A DNA stretch of 64,000 bases, taken from Betaproteobacteria bacterium (GTDB taxonomy: Bacteria > Pseudomonadota > Gammaproteobacteria > Burkholderiales > SG8-39). The stretch is from contig CANKMT010000002.1 of the NCBI GenBank assembly GCA_947482825.1, positions 5,166-69,165 of the forward strand. Reading direction: 5' to 3'. The translations under genes were made by a program, and so were the position numbers. The notes under the pieces were generated by a model. The model was not told the origin of the DNA, searched no databases, and was given only the letters and a program-made list of their open reading frames with translations. How positions within the stretch are numbered: position 1 is the first letter of the stretch; each line of letters starts with the position of its first letter. Below are positions 1 to 9,375 of the stretch, piece by piece.

Positions 1-2
1 GC

Positions 3-302
3 GACCGCAACCCGCTGCATGCCGATCCGGCCCTCGCCAAGCGCGTCGGGTTCCCTGCACCGATCCTGCACGGCCTTTGCACCTACGGCACCGCCTGCCG
101 CGCCCTGCTCGCCGAGGTCGCGAAGTACGACCACACCCGCATCACCGGGTTCGACGTGAGGTTTTCCTCGCCGGTGTACCCGGGCGAATCGATTGCCACC
201 GACTACTGGGTCGACGAGACCGTGGTCTCCTTCCGGTGCCGGATCCCGGAGCGCGGCGACGCGGTGGTGATCAACAACGGCCGCTGCCAACTCGCGTCCT
301 GA
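3..302 (+). CDS. MaoC-like hot-dog (R)-specific enoyl-CoA hydratase/dehydratase, C-terminal part (5' end outside window)
   Basis: Frame 3 is open from the window edge to TGA at 300-302. The translation DRNPLHADPALAKRVGFPAPILHGLCTYG...SSPVYPGESI matches the conserved MaoC dehydratase core. Confidence 0.8.
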   Translation, partial: DRNPLHADPALAKRVGFPAPILHGLCTYGTACRALLAEVAKYDHTRITGFDVRFSSPVYPGESIATDYWVDETVVSFRCRIPERGDAVVINNGRCQLAS

Positions 303-360
303 AGGAAGCGGCGCCATCGCCTTCACGCACGACTTCCGCCTCGTCAGCCATCGGGTCCGC

Positions 361-1524
361 GTGTACAGCGGCAGGCAGGCTCTGAATCACCTGCCCGCCG
401 AAATCCGCCGGCAGGGCGCGAAGCGCGCTTTCATCCTCAGCGGCCGCACCGTCTCGCGCAGCACGCCGCTCATCGCGCGAGTGCGCGAGTTGCTCGGCGA
501 ATCGTTCGCCGGCCTGTACGACGAAATCGGCAAGGACACTCCTTCGGCCGACGTGATCGCCGCAAGCGACAAGGCGCGCGAAGCCGGGGCCGACCTTCTG
601 ATCGCCGTCGGCGCCGGCAGCGTGATCCAGGGCGCGCGCATCGTCGCAATCCTGCTCGCGGAGAAAATGCCGATCGAGGAACTGATCACCCGGTACCCGC
701 CGGGCAAACCCGCGGTCAGCCCGAAACTCCTGGCGTCGAAACTGCCGATCATCAACATCCTGACCGCGGGCACGTCGGCGCAGAATCGCGCCGGCTCGCC
801 GATGAAGGCCGAAGGACGCGACGGGCGCATGGAATTCTTCGACCCGAAGACGCGCCCGGTGGCGATCTTCTGGGACCACGACGCCCTGCTGACTGCCCCG
901 GTCTCGATGACTTGTGCCAGCGGCGCGGCGATCTACTGGCGCGCGGTGATGAACATGGGCTACACGCGCGCAACGCCGCTCGCGGACGCCAACCGCAGGC
1001 AGGTGTTCGAGACGGCGCGGAACGCGCTGCCCCGGCTGCAGGATCCGCACGATGCGGCCGCGCGCACGGACCTGTGCATCGCGAGTTTCCTGCAGAACCG
1101 CGAGGTGGACGACGGCGCCGAGCCGGTGCGCCACTGGGTGAGCCGCGTCGTGTATGCGTTCGCCACCGGCCTGTTCAATCTGCACGGCGAAGTCTCGCAG
1201 GGCGCGGCGCATTGCGCGTTCACGCCTGCCGTGATGCGCCGGCTCGGTTTGCGCAACCCGATGGAGATGGGTGCGCTCGCAAGCGCGTTGGGCATCTGGA
1301 AAGACGGCGACCCGGTCGAGGAAGCGCCTGATCGGGCGGCCTCCGAACTGGAGCGGGTCTTCGCTTCCATCGGAATGCCGGCAAACCTTTCACAGCTCGG
1401 TATCCCGAAGACCTCCGCTACGAAGATCCTCGCGAATGCGCTGCGCAATTTCAACGCCGATCCGGCACAGGAATTCGCAAAGGAAGAGCCGCTGCTGCGC
1501 GAGGTGCTTGAAGCGGCCTGGTAG
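361..1524 (+). CDS. Iron-containing (group III) alcohol dehydrogenase / maleylacetate-reductase-like oxidoreductase
   Basis: 387-aa ORF with GAKRAFILSGRT...DLLIAVGAGSVIQGARIVA, typical of Fe-ADH. Family-like sequence continues upstream of the GTG at 361 (see finding on start codon). Confidence 0.85.
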   Translation: MYSGRQALNHLPAEIRRQGAKRAFILSGRTVSRSTPLIARVRELLGESFAGLYDEIGKDTPSADVIAASDKAREAGADLLIAVGAGSVIQGARIVAILLAEKMPIEELITRYPPGKPAVSPKLLASKLPIINILTAGTSAQNRAGSPMKAEGRDGRMEFFDPKTRPVAIFWDHDALLTAPVSMTCASGAAIYWRAVMNMGYTRATPLADANRRQVFETARNALPRLQDPHDAAARTDLCIASFLQNREVDDGAEPVRHWVSRVVYAFATGLFNLHGEVSQGAAHCAFTPAVMRRLGLRNPMEMGALASALGIWKDGDPVEEAPDRAASELERVFASIGMPANLSQLGIPKTSATKILANALRNFNADPAQEFAKEEPLLREVLEAAW

Positions 1525-1612
1525 GGCGCCGCCGTTTCAAGGATTCCTCAAAAGACCACCGCGTGGTCCCGTCGTTGTTCATCGCGTCGCTCCTCGATTG
1601 ACGGCCAGTTCG

Positions 1613-1933
1613 CTACTCGCGCCCCGCGCCTTGCAGCCAGAGCACCCCGAGCCCGCCGACCAACAGCGCCAGGAATCCCAGGATCACCACCAGAGCCGCA
1701 TTGCACAGCAACGTCAGGCGCGCGTCGCCGAGCCTCGCGTATTCGCGCCGCAGCAGGAACCGCAGCAGGCGTTGGTTGTTGGCGTGCGCCACGAGCAGGT
1801 TGCCTTCGCGCTCGTGAGGCACCAGGCTGCGGTGGACTTCGCGATGATGGCTCTTGAGGCGTAGTTCGAGCGCGATGCGCAGTGCGGCCACCGCGAGCAG
1901 GACCGCGAACAGGGCAACGGAGGTCACCTGCAT
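1613..1933 (-). CDS. Small membrane protein with two hydrophobic segments (possibly DUF2721-like)
   Basis: 106-aa ORF with high third-position GC. AAGGAGG lies 6 nt upstream of the ATG. It has N- and C-terminal hydrophobic helices. Confidence 0.45.
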   Translation of the reverse strand: MQVTSVALFAVLLAVAALRIALELRLKSHHREVHRSLVPHEREGNLLVAHANNQRLLRFLLRREYARLGDARLTLLCNAALVVILGFLALLVGGLGVLWLQGAGRE

Positions 1934-2172
1934 GCCCGGCCTCCTTGGCGTCGATCGCCCGCACCGGCCGCCGTTGCCTCAGGCAGCACTCGCGGTCCCT
2001 GGCGAAGCGAGGGTCGTCGGGTCGCCCAGCGACGCGACATAGGCTTCCGGGTCCTGCGCTGGTACCGACTTCTTCATTGGCCTCCGGCTAGCGCCGCTCA
2101 CAGCAATGCGGAAACCATGCCAATCAATTGCCAAAGCACGATCGCGACAACGATCCCGCTTGCAACCTGCCA

Positions 2173-2355
2173 TCATGTCATCGATCGGGCAAAACTCGTG
2201 GCAACCGGCCGTTGGTCGAGAACCAGTCGCTCCTCCTTCGTCGCCTCGTCGTACGTTTTGGCAAGAGCTCGCGATTTGCGCGTAACAAGAACTGCCACGA
2301 TCCCTGCGCCAACGGCCACTATTGCCACCACGATGGAAAGGACGTTCTCGTCCAT
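2173..2355 (-). CDS. Hypothetical small single-pass membrane protein
   Basis: 60-aa ORF in a lower-GC intergenic stretch with one hydrophobic helix (LSIVVAIVAVGAGIVAVLV). The ribosome-binding site is weak. Confidence 0.25.
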   Translation of the reverse strand: MDENVLSIVVAIVAVGAGIVAVLVTRKSRALAKTYDEATKEERLVLDQRPVATSFARSMT

Positions 2356-2449
2356 GGACTGCCTACCGGTTGATATTTTTCCGGAACCGGAAATCCGATT
2401 GTCATTAGAGCCGCACGGATATTAGGTCCGACAGAATAAATGTTTAACT

Positions 2450-3886
2450 TTATTGCCCACCCTGCCGCGCCACCAGGTGCACCGGCAACGAGCTCGGCGT
2501 CATCGTGAAAGTGAAGAGCTCCCGCACTTCTGCCGGGTTCTTGTCGAGTCCCACGCGAAAGTTCTTCGCCACCATCGACACCGCCATCTTGATCTCGGCC
2601 ATCGCGAGGTAACGACCCGGGCAGAAGCGCGGGCCGCCGCCGAAAGGAAACAGCTTCCTCGCCGGGTCGTCGTTTACCGGAGGCTTCGCACCCAGCCAGC
2701 GCTCGGGCCGGAACTCACCCGGCTCCGGAAAATCCGCCGGGTTCATGCCCGCAAGGCGAAGCATGACGATGATCGGCGTGCGCGGCGGCACCAGCACCCC
2801 GCCAACGACCTGCTCCTTGTTGGTTTCGAGCCCGAGGAAAGGCGCCACCGGTTTGATGCGCATTGCCTCGTTGACCGCAGCGTCGAGGTAAGTGAAGCGC
2901 TCCAGGGACGCGAACTCGTTCAGCACCGGGTTCGCGCCGAGGATCGCGTCGGATTCCTCCGCCAGCTTGCCGGCGACGCTCGGGTTGCGCGCGAGGAAGT
3001 CGAGCAGCCACGCGATCGTGTTGGACGTGGTGTCCTCGCCTGCGAAGACCATGGTGATCGCGTTGCCGATCACGTGCGTATCGGTGAAGCCGGAATCCGC
3101 CTCGTCCCGCGCGGCCACGAAGGCCTCGAGCAGGTTTGTCGGCTTGGCGCGCAGCGCCGGGTTCGCCTCCATGCGTGCGCGCACCTGTGCGACGAACTCT
3201 GTGGCCGCTTCCTTGATGCGGGCCGAGGCGGCATCGGCTTCGCGGTCGGCCGGCAGCTTGAAGTAGCGCCAGTACGAGATCGGCGCGGTGAGCCTGCGCG
3301 CGACGCGGTTGAAGATGGTCTCGATATCGCGCTGGAGCGGATTGGCGTCGTGTTCCAGCGTATTGATGTCCTGCCCCATCGCGAGCCAGATCGTCACGTC
3401 GAGCGTCCACGCCTTGAGGTCGCGCAGCACGTTGACCTTGCGCCCGGCCGCGGAAGCCGCCTGCCAGCGCGTGAGCAGCCGCTCGGTGAGCAGCTTCAGC
3501 GTGGGGAAGAAGTTGCGGATCACCTCGGGCGTGAGAGCGCGCATGACGAGCTTGCGCTGCCGCCGCCACTCGTCGCCCTCGGCGCTGAAGACACCGGTCG
3601 TCCCGAGTTCCTTCAGCACACGCTCGGAGCGCACGGTGCGGCGGAAGGCGTCCGGGCGGTCGCGCAGCATCGTCCCGATGAGCGTGGGGTCCGAAACCAC
3701 CATCAGCTTCCTCGGCCCGCCCTGGAACCGGTACATCGAACCGAATTGCCTCGCCCAGTTCTCCAACGTGACGTGGAACTGCAGCGAGTCGATCTGCAGC
3801 GCGTTGCCGAACCAGGGAATGCCCCTGGGTGCCGGCAGGTCGTCGAAGGACCGGGTGGCCGTGGTTTCGGGAAGCATTGCGCCCAT
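2450..3886 (-). CDS. Cytochrome P450 monooxygenase
   Basis: 478 aa. Heme-thiolate loop FPFGGGPRFCPGRYLAMAEI (FxxGxRxCxG). AGGAGA ribosome-binding site before the ATG. Confidence 0.93.
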   Translation of the reverse strand: MGAMLPETTATRSFDDLPAPRGIPWFGNALQIDSLQFHVTLENWARQFGSMYRFQGGPRKLMVVSDPTLIGTMLRDRPDAFRRTVRSERVLKELGTTGVFSAEGDEWRRQRKLVMRALTPEVIRNFFPTLKLLTERLLTRWQAASAAGRKVNVLRDLKAWTLDVTIWLAMGQDINTLEHDANPLQRDIETIFNRVARRLTAPISYWRYFKLPADREADAASARIKEAATEFVAQVRARMEANPALRAKPTNLLEAFVAARDEADSGFTDTHVIGNAITMVFAGEDTTSNTIAWLLDFLARNPSVAGKLAEESDAILGANPVLNEFASLERFTYLDAAVNEAMRIKPVAPFLGLETNKEQVVGGVLVPPRTPIIVMLRLAGMNPADFPEPGEFRPERWLGAKPPVNDDPARKLFPFGGGPRFCPGRYLAMAEIKMAVSMVAKNFRVGLDKNPAEVRELFTFTMTPSSLPVHLVARQGGQ

Positions 3887-3917
3887 CGTTTCTCCTGGTG
3901 GACCTAATCGACCGCGG

Positions 3918-5336
3918 TCAGGCCCAGCGCTTCAGCATCGCGATCATCTTCGCGGTGCGCTCGCCGTAGGGTGGATTGAACATCGAAACGCCGTTGAAGC
4001 GCGACTGCCGGAACACCGGTTTCATCTTCGAAAACGTGAGGAACCCCTCGTAGCCATGGTACTGCCCCATCCCGCTGGGGCCCACGCCGCCGAAGGGCAA
4101 CGACTCCTGCGCAATATGCAACAGCGTGTCGTTGATCGTGACCCCGCCGGCGGTCGTGCGCGCGAGCACGCTGTCGATTCGCGCGTTGTCGTTGTCGAAC
4201 AGGTACAGCGCGAGCGGCCGGGGCCGGGCGTTCACGTACTCGATGGCGACGTCGATGCCTTCATAGGGCACGATCGGCAGCAGCGGACCGAAGATCTCTT
4301 CCTGCATCACGCGCATGCCGTCCGCCACGCGGGTCAGCGCGATCGGCGGAATGCGCCGTGCGGCCGCGTTCGGCAGCTCGCCGTTGGCCGCGAGGCTCTG
4401 CGCGACGGCGCCCTGCCCGGTTGCGTCATCGAGATAGCCGGTGATTCGCTGATAGTGGCGCTCCGACACGATGCTCGAATAGTCGGGCGTCCTGAGAATG
4501 TCGGGATACATCTTTCGCACACACGTCCGGGCCGCCGCGATAAAGGCATCCTCGGTGCCCCGAGGTACCAGCACGTAGTCCGGCGCGATGCAGGTCTGGC
4601 CCGCATTGAGGCACTTGCCGAGCAGGATCCTGCGTGCCGCGTGCTTCATCGGGTAGCCGGGTGCGACGATGGCCGGCGACTTGCCGCCGAGTTCGAGCGT
4701 GACCGGGGTGAGGTTCTCGGCGGCGGCACGCATGACGTGGCGTCCGACCGCAGTCGAGCCGGTGAACAGCAGGTGGTCGAACGGCAGGCGGGAGAATTCG
4801 GCGGCGATCGCGGCATCGCCGTTGACGACCGCCACCTCCTCGGCGGCGAAGGCCTTGCCGCACAAGCCCTCGAACAGGGCGCCGAACGCGGGCGTGAACT
4901 CCGAGAGCTTCAACATCGCCCGGTTGCCGGCCGTCAGCGCGGCGGCAAGCGGCCCGATCGCAAGGTACAGCGGGTAGTTCCAGGGCACGATGATGCCGGC
5001 CACGCCGAGCGGCTGCGGAATCACGCGCGAGCGGCCCGGCAGGAACCACTTGCCGGTCGGGCGGCGCTGGCCGCGCATCCATTTCTCGCCGTGCGCAAGG
5101 CAATGAACGATGCCCGACAGGCTGGGGAACACTTCGAGGAGATCGGTCTCGTGCGCCGAGCGATGGCCGAAGTCCCGGTTGATCGCTTCGGCGAAGCAGC
5201 CGGCGTTCTCGTCCACGAGTCGCCTGAGGCGTTGCAGGCGGTCGGCCCGCAGCGTCCAGGGAACCTCGGGCGCAGCGAGATGCGCGCTCCTCTGGGATTC
5301 GAATGTCAATCGCAAGGGGTGGGGTTTCGCATCCAT
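3918..5336 (-). CDS. NAD(P)-dependent aldehyde dehydrogenase (coniferyl/fatty aldehyde dehydrogenase-like)
   Basis: Internal ATG (MDAKPHP...) of the 813-aa ORF. ALDH motifs VTLELGGKSP and CLNAGQTCIAPDY (catalytic Cys) and EEIFGPLLPI. The upstream part of the long ORF is an out-of-frame read through the GMC gene. Confidence 0.92.
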   Translation of the reverse strand: MDAKPHPLRLTFESQRSAHLAAPEVPWTLRADRLQRLRRLVDENAGCFAEAINRDFGHRSAHETDLLEVFPSLSGIVHCLAHGEKWMRGQRRPTGKWFLPGRSRVIPQPLGVAGIIVPWNYPLYLAIGPLAAALTAGNRAMLKLSEFTPAFGALFEGLCGKAFAAEEVAVVNGDAAIAAEFSRLPFDHLLFTGSTAVGRHVMRAAAENLTPVTLELGGKSPAIVAPGYPMKHAARRILLGKCLNAGQTCIAPDYVLVPRGTEDAFIAAARTCVRKMYPDILRTPDYSSIVSERHYQRITGYLDDATGQGAVAQSLAANGELPNAAARRIPPIALTRVADGMRVMQEEIFGPLLPIVPYEGIDVAIEYVNARPRPLALYLFDNDNARIDSVLARTTAGGVTINDTLLHIAQESLPFGGVGPSGMGQYHGYEGFLTFSKMKPVFRQSRFNGVSMFNPPYGERTAKMIAMLKRWA

Positions 5337-5347
5337 GGCAGTCCCTC

Positions 5348-6955
5348 TCAGGCCGCGGCCCGGATCAGGTCGGCCGCCTTCTCGCCGATCATGATTGCGG
5401 GCGCGTTGGTGTTGCCGCCGATCAGCGTCGGCATGACCGAGCAGTCTACGACACGCAGGGCCTCGACGCCGCGCACGCGCAACTGCGGGTCGAGCACCGA
5501 CTGTGCATCCGACCCCATGCGGCAGGTGCCCACCGGGTGGTAAATGGTGTCGGCGCGCTCGCGGATCGCGGCTTCGATCTCGACGTCCGTCTTCACGCCG
5601 GCAGTGTAGAGCTCCCTCGCATTGAACTGCGCGAAGGCAGGCGCATCGAGGATGCGGCGCACGAGCTTGAAGCCACGCTTCATGCCTTCCATGTCTTCCG
5701 CGGCCGAGAGGAACTTCGGGTCGATCACCGGCGGTGAGCGCATGTCCGGCCCCGAAACCCGCACGGTGCCGCGGCTCTTCGGGCGCAGCACGCAGGAGTG
5801 CAGCGAAAGGCCGTGGCCCAGGTGCCGCGAGCGGCCGTGGTTGTCGACCATGCCGATTACGAAGTGCAGTTGCAGGTCGGCGCGCGCGAGGCCCGGCTCG
5901 CTCTTCACGAAGGCGCCGGATTCGGCCAGGTTCGAAGCCACCACGCCGCGCCGTTCGCTTCGCCAGCGCAGGATCTCGCGCAGAAGATGGATCCCACCGC
6001 CGGCCGAAAGGCCGAGCAGGTCGGTCGAACCGATCCTGCGGTTGACGATGTAGTCGAGGTGGTCCTGCAGGTTGCCTCCCACTTCGGGCGAATCGCAGAC
6101 GATGCCGATGCCGCGCTCGCGCAAATGATCGGCGGGTCCGATGCCGGAGCACATCAGGAGCTGGGGCGACTGGAAAGCGCCGGCGGCGACCAGCACCTCG
6201 CGCGCAGCGCGCAGCGTTTCGGTCTTCCCGGCGCGCTCGATCTCGACGCCCGTAGCCCGCTTCCCCTCGAACAGGATGCGCAGCGCATTGGACTTCGTGA
6301 GCACCGCAAGGTTCGGCAGCTGCATCGCCGGGTGCAGGTAGGCCCGCGCCGCACTCCATCGTTCGCCGTTTTTCTGCGTCACCTGGTAAAAGCCGGCGCC
6401 TTCCTGGGTCACGCCGTTGAAGTCGTCGTTCGCGGAAATGCCGGCCTGGAGCGCGGCCTCGACGAAGACTTTCGCGAACGGGTTCGGCGTGCGCACGTCG
6501 GCCACGTTCAACGGGCCGCCTACCGCGTGAAGCGGTCCTTCGTCATGCAGCGGGCCGGCGCCTCGCTCGTTGTTCTCGGCGCGCAGGAAATACGGCAGCA
6601 CGTCGTTCCAGCCCCAACCCGTCGCGCCGAGCGAAGCCCACTCGTCGTAGTCGGCGCGGTCGCCCCGCATGTAGATCATCGCGTTGATCGAGCTCGACCC
6701 GCCGAGCGCCTTGCCGCGAGGCTGGTAGCCGCGCCGCCCGTTGAGGGCCGGCTGCGGCTCGGTCCCGAATGCCCAGTTGTTGATCGGCGAAGGCACCATG
6801 ACCGCCACCCCGAGCGGCGCCTTGATGAGGATGCCGTCGTCCGGCGCACCGGCCTCGACCAGTGCCACGCGCACCGCGGGGTCCTCCGACAACCTGGCCG
6901 CGAGCACGCAGCCCGACGACCCCCCGCCAACGATTACGTAATCGAAGTCCATCAT
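5348..6955 (-). CDS. GMC-family FAD oxidoreductase (choline/alcohol dehydrogenase-like)
   Basis: 535 aa. N-terminal FAD fold DYVIVGGGSSGCVLAARLSED. C-terminal GMC signature HPVGTCRMG...MPTLIGGNTNAPAIMIGEKAADLI. Confidence 0.93.
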   Translation of the reverse strand: MMDFDYVIVGGGSSGCVLAARLSEDPAVRVALVEAGAPDDGILIKAPLGVAVMVPSPINNWAFGTEPQPALNGRRGYQPRGKALGGSSSINAMIYMRGDRADYDEWASLGATGWGWNDVLPYFLRAENNERGAGPLHDEGPLHAVGGPLNVADVRTPNPFAKVFVEAALQAGISANDDFNGVTQEGAGFYQVTQKNGERWSAARAYLHPAMQLPNLAVLTKSNALRILFEGKRATGVEIERAGKTETLRAAREVLVAAGAFQSPQLLMCSGIGPADHLRERGIGIVCDSPEVGGNLQDHLDYIVNRRIGSTDLLGLSAGGGIHLLREILRWRSERRGVVASNLAESGAFVKSEPGLARADLQLHFVIGMVDNHGRSRHLGHGLSLHSCVLRPKSRGTVRVSGPDMRSPPVIDPKFLSAAEDMEGMKRGFKLVRRILDAPAFAQFNARELYTAGVKTDVEIEAAIRERADTIYHPVGTCRMGSDAQSVLDPQLRVRGVEALRVVDCSVMPTLIGGNTNAPAIMIGEKAADLIRAAA

Positions 6956-6970
6956 CCCTCCCGCAAACGA

Positions 6971-7158
6971 AAAATGGCGTCAGAGTCCAATTGCAGGTCA
7001 AGCCGCGACCATACCGCACAGAAAATTGGACTCTGACACCATTTTCTACGCCAACGATCACATCGCGAAATTCGCGAAATTCGGGGACAGACCACGTTTT
7101 CTAACCCAGGAAAACGTGGTCTGTCCCCGTTTACGTGGTCTGTCCCCGTTTACGTTTT
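6971..7158. repeat. Composite REP-like intergenic repeat block
   Basis: Imperfect 22-nt inverted repeat AAAATGGCGTCAGAGTCCAATT (6971-6992) / AATTGGACTCTGACACCATTTT (7024-7045). Tandem TCGCGAAAT x2.3 (7063-7083). Perfect 19-bp stem GGGGACAGACCACGTTTTC (7083-7101) / GAAAACGTGGTCTGTCCCC (7110-7128) with an 8-nt loop. Tandem 19-mer ACGTGGTCTGTCCCCGTTT x2.3 (7114-7158). Confidence 0.9.
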
Positions 7159-7166
7159 CTCCGTGC

Positions 7167-8384
7167 TCATGCCGGCCCGCTCACGATTCCGCGCGCGCGT
7201 AGGTCTTCGATTTCGGCGTTGGAAAGGCCGGCCTCGGCAAGGATCTCGGCGCTGTGTTCGCCGATGCCGGGCGCCTGCCGGCGCAACCCGAAATCGTGCG
7301 CGCCCACTTCGATCGGCAGGCGCGGGATCTTCGCGCGCACGCCGTCCTTGAACGCCACGTCGAGCATCCGGCCGCCCGCGTTCAATTGCGGATCGTCGAA
7401 GAGGTCGCCAGGCTTGGCGACCGGCGCGAACGGGATGCCGATCTTGTCGAACAGCACGGTCAACTCCGCGAGCGTGTGCCGTCCGACGCACTCAGCCACC
7501 ATCGGGCGGATCTCGGCGCGCTCTTTCACGCGATGCTGGTTGTTTGCGTACCGCGGGTTTTCGAGCAGGTCCTCGCGCTCGAAATGCTGGCAGAACCGGC
7601 GCCAGTGGTTGTCGCTAGTGAGGCCGACAAAAATCAATTCGCCTTCCGAAGTCTTGAAGGTCTCGTAGATGCCCCACGCGCCTTCGCGAGCCGGCATCGG
7701 CGGCGGCGGCCGGCCGGTGACCGCCTGTCCGGCCATATGCTGCGTCATCAGGAAAGCCGTCGATTCGAACAACGCGGATTTCACGAGCTGGCCGCGGCCG
7801 GTCTTCTCGCGCTCGCGCAGCGCGGCCTGCACGCCGATCACCGCGAACATGCCGCCCATGAGGTCGATGACCGAGGAACCCGCGCGCAGCGGCTGGCCGG
7901 GTGGGCCGGTCATGTAGGCCAGGCCCGCCATGTACTGCACGACTTCGTCCAGGGCGGGGCGATGCTCGTAGGGGCCTGAGAGAAAGCCTTTGAGCGCCGC
8001 AAAGATCAGGCGTGGATTGCGTTTCGAAAGATCCTCGTAGCCGCACCCGAGCCGCTCCATGGTGCCGGGTCCGAAATTTTCGAGCACGACGTCGGTGTCG
8101 GCAACCAGCCGGTACACGAGTTCGCGCCCCTCGGCCAACTTGAGATCGATCGCGAGGCTGCGTTTGTTGCGGTTGAAAGCAAAGAAGAAGCCGCTGGCGA
8201 ATCCCTGCAGCCGACGCGTCGTGTCGCCTTCCGGCGCGGACTCGACCTTGATGACATCCGCGCCGAGGTCCGCAAGCAGCATGCCGGCGCTCGGGCCCAT
8301 GATGGTGTGGCAGAACTCGAGGACGCGAAGGCCGGACAATGGAAGCGCCTCTCGTGGAAGCGGCGCTTTCTCGCCTTCGTTCAA
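7167..8384 (-). CDS. CaiB/BaiF family (class III) CoA-transferase
   Basis: PLSGLRVLEFCHTIMGPSAGMLLADLGADVIKVE N-terminus. I place the start at the TTG that overlaps the upstream TGA (TTGA). The longer 445-aa ORF N-terminus looks non-coding. Confidence 0.88.
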   Translation of the reverse strand: MNEGEKAPLPREALPLSGLRVLEFCHTIMGPSAGMLLADLGADVIKVESAPEGDTTRRLQGFASGFFFAFNRNKRSLAIDLKLAEGRELVYRLVADTDVVLENFGPGTMERLGCGYEDLSKRNPRLIFAALKGFLSGPYEHRPALDEVVQYMAGLAYMTGPPGQPLRAGSSVIDLMGGMFAVIGVQAALREREKTGRGQLVKSALFESTAFLMTQHMAGQAVTGRPPPPMPAREGAWGIYETFKTSEGELIFVGLTSDNHWRRFCQHFEREDLLENPRYANNQHRVKERAEIRPMVAECVGRHTLAELTVLFDKIGIPFAPVAKPGDLFDDPQLNAGGRMLDVAFKDGVRAKIPRLPIEVGAHDFGLRRQAPGIGEHSAEILAEAGLSNAEIEDLRARGIVSGPA

Positions 8385-9364
8385 GCGCGCGCGCCCTCGG
8401 CGATCCCTTCGCGCACCTTCGCACGCAAGGCGCGCAGGCTGCCGCCTTTCATCACCGAGCCGGGCAACGGATGGCCGACGACGTCTTCGGCGAGCCGCCC
8501 ACACGCGGCAAGCTTTTCCAGGTCGATGCCGGTTTCAATGCCCGATTCGTCGCACATGAAGACGAGGTCTTCGGTGCAGACATTGCCGGCCGCGCCCGCG
8601 TGGCCCGCGAACGGGCAGCCGCCGAGCCCGCCGACCGACGAATCGAAACGCTTCACGCCCATCTCCATCCCGGCGTAAGCGTTGGCGATTCCCATGCCGC
8701 GCGTGTCGTGCAGGTGCAGTTCGAGTTCCAGCTGAGGATACTTCGCCTTTACGGCACCGACGACGCGCTTGATCGAATACGGCGTGGCCCAAGCCATGGT
8801 GTCGGCCAGCGACACGCGCTCGAGCTTCACGCCCTGTTCGGCCGCCAGATCGAGGAGTTGGCCGACCATTTCGACCACGCGCTCCACGGGGATATCGCCT
8901 GCGAAGTTGCAGCCGAAAGCGGCCATGACCGTGGCGCGATCGAGCGGGATGCCGCGCTGGCGGTAGGTGTCGAGCATGCCGCGCGTCACCGCGCGTTGCT
9001 GCTCCGGGGTGCGGTTCAGGTTCTTCTTCAGGAACGGCGCCGATGCAGTGATCGAAATCGAACCCTTGATCTCCAGGCGTCCGGTGCCGATGGCACGGTC
9101 CAGGCCCTGGTCGTTGAACCACAGGCCGGTGTAGGCCACGCCCGGTTCGAGCGTGAGTCCGCGCACGACATCTTCCGCATCGGCCATCGTCGGCACCGCC
9201 TTCGGGCTTACGAACGACACGATCTGGATGTGCTTGACGCCGGTTTTCGACAGCGCGTCGATGAGTTCGACCTTGCGGGCCGTCGGGATCGGCCCTTTCT
9301 CGAACTGGAACCCTTCGCGCGGGCCCTCTTCATTGATATGGACTTTCTTGGGCAGGTCGTTCAT
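8381..9364 (-). CDS. Hydroxymethylglutaryl-CoA lyase family (DRE-TIM) acyl-CoA lyase
   Basis: 327 aa from ATG MNDLPKKV. HLHDTRGMGIANAYAGMEMGVKRFDSSVGGLGGCPFA motif. Confidence 0.88.
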   Translation of the reverse strand: MNDLPKKVHINEEGPREGFQFEKGPIPTARKVELIDALSKTGVKHIQIVSFVSPKAVPTMADAEDVVRGLTLEPGVAYTGLWFNDQGLDRAIGTGRLEIKGSISITASAPFLKKNLNRTPEQQRAVTRGMLDTYRQRGIPLDRATVMAAFGCNFAGDIPVERVVEMVGQLLDLAAEQGVKLERVSLADTMAWATPYSIKRVVGAVKAKYPQLELELHLHDTRGMGIANAYAGMEMGVKRFDSSVGGLGGCPFAGHAGAAGNVCTEDLVFMCDESGIETGIDLEKLAACGRLAEDVVGHPLPGSVMKGGSLRALRAKVREGIAEGARA

Positions 9365-9375
9365 GGCGTCTCCTG

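Noticed and set aside
1979-2176. Small ORF (65 aa; internal 32-aa MKKSVPAQDPEAY...) upstream of the two-TM membrane protein.
   Set aside because: No recognisable family, poor ribosome-binding-site spacing, and a composition compatible with non-coding DNA. Not enough support to call a gene.
3918-6359. Apparent large fusion proteins: the 813-aa ORF here, 8381-10606 (741 aa), 14672-16480 (602 aa), 23595-25211 (538 aa), 58202-59617, 59236-60993 and 61354-62616.
   Set aside because: Only the C-terminal part of each matches a protein family. The N-terminal extensions are out-of-frame read-through of the upstream gene. Internal starts with ribosome-binding sites or ATGA/TTGA overlaps give normal-sized proteins.
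7114-7158. Possible CRISPR-like array (repeated 19-mers).
   Set aside because: The units are directly adjacent with no spacers, there are only about 2.3 copies, and there are no cas genes. It is a simple tandem repeat inside a REP-like block.
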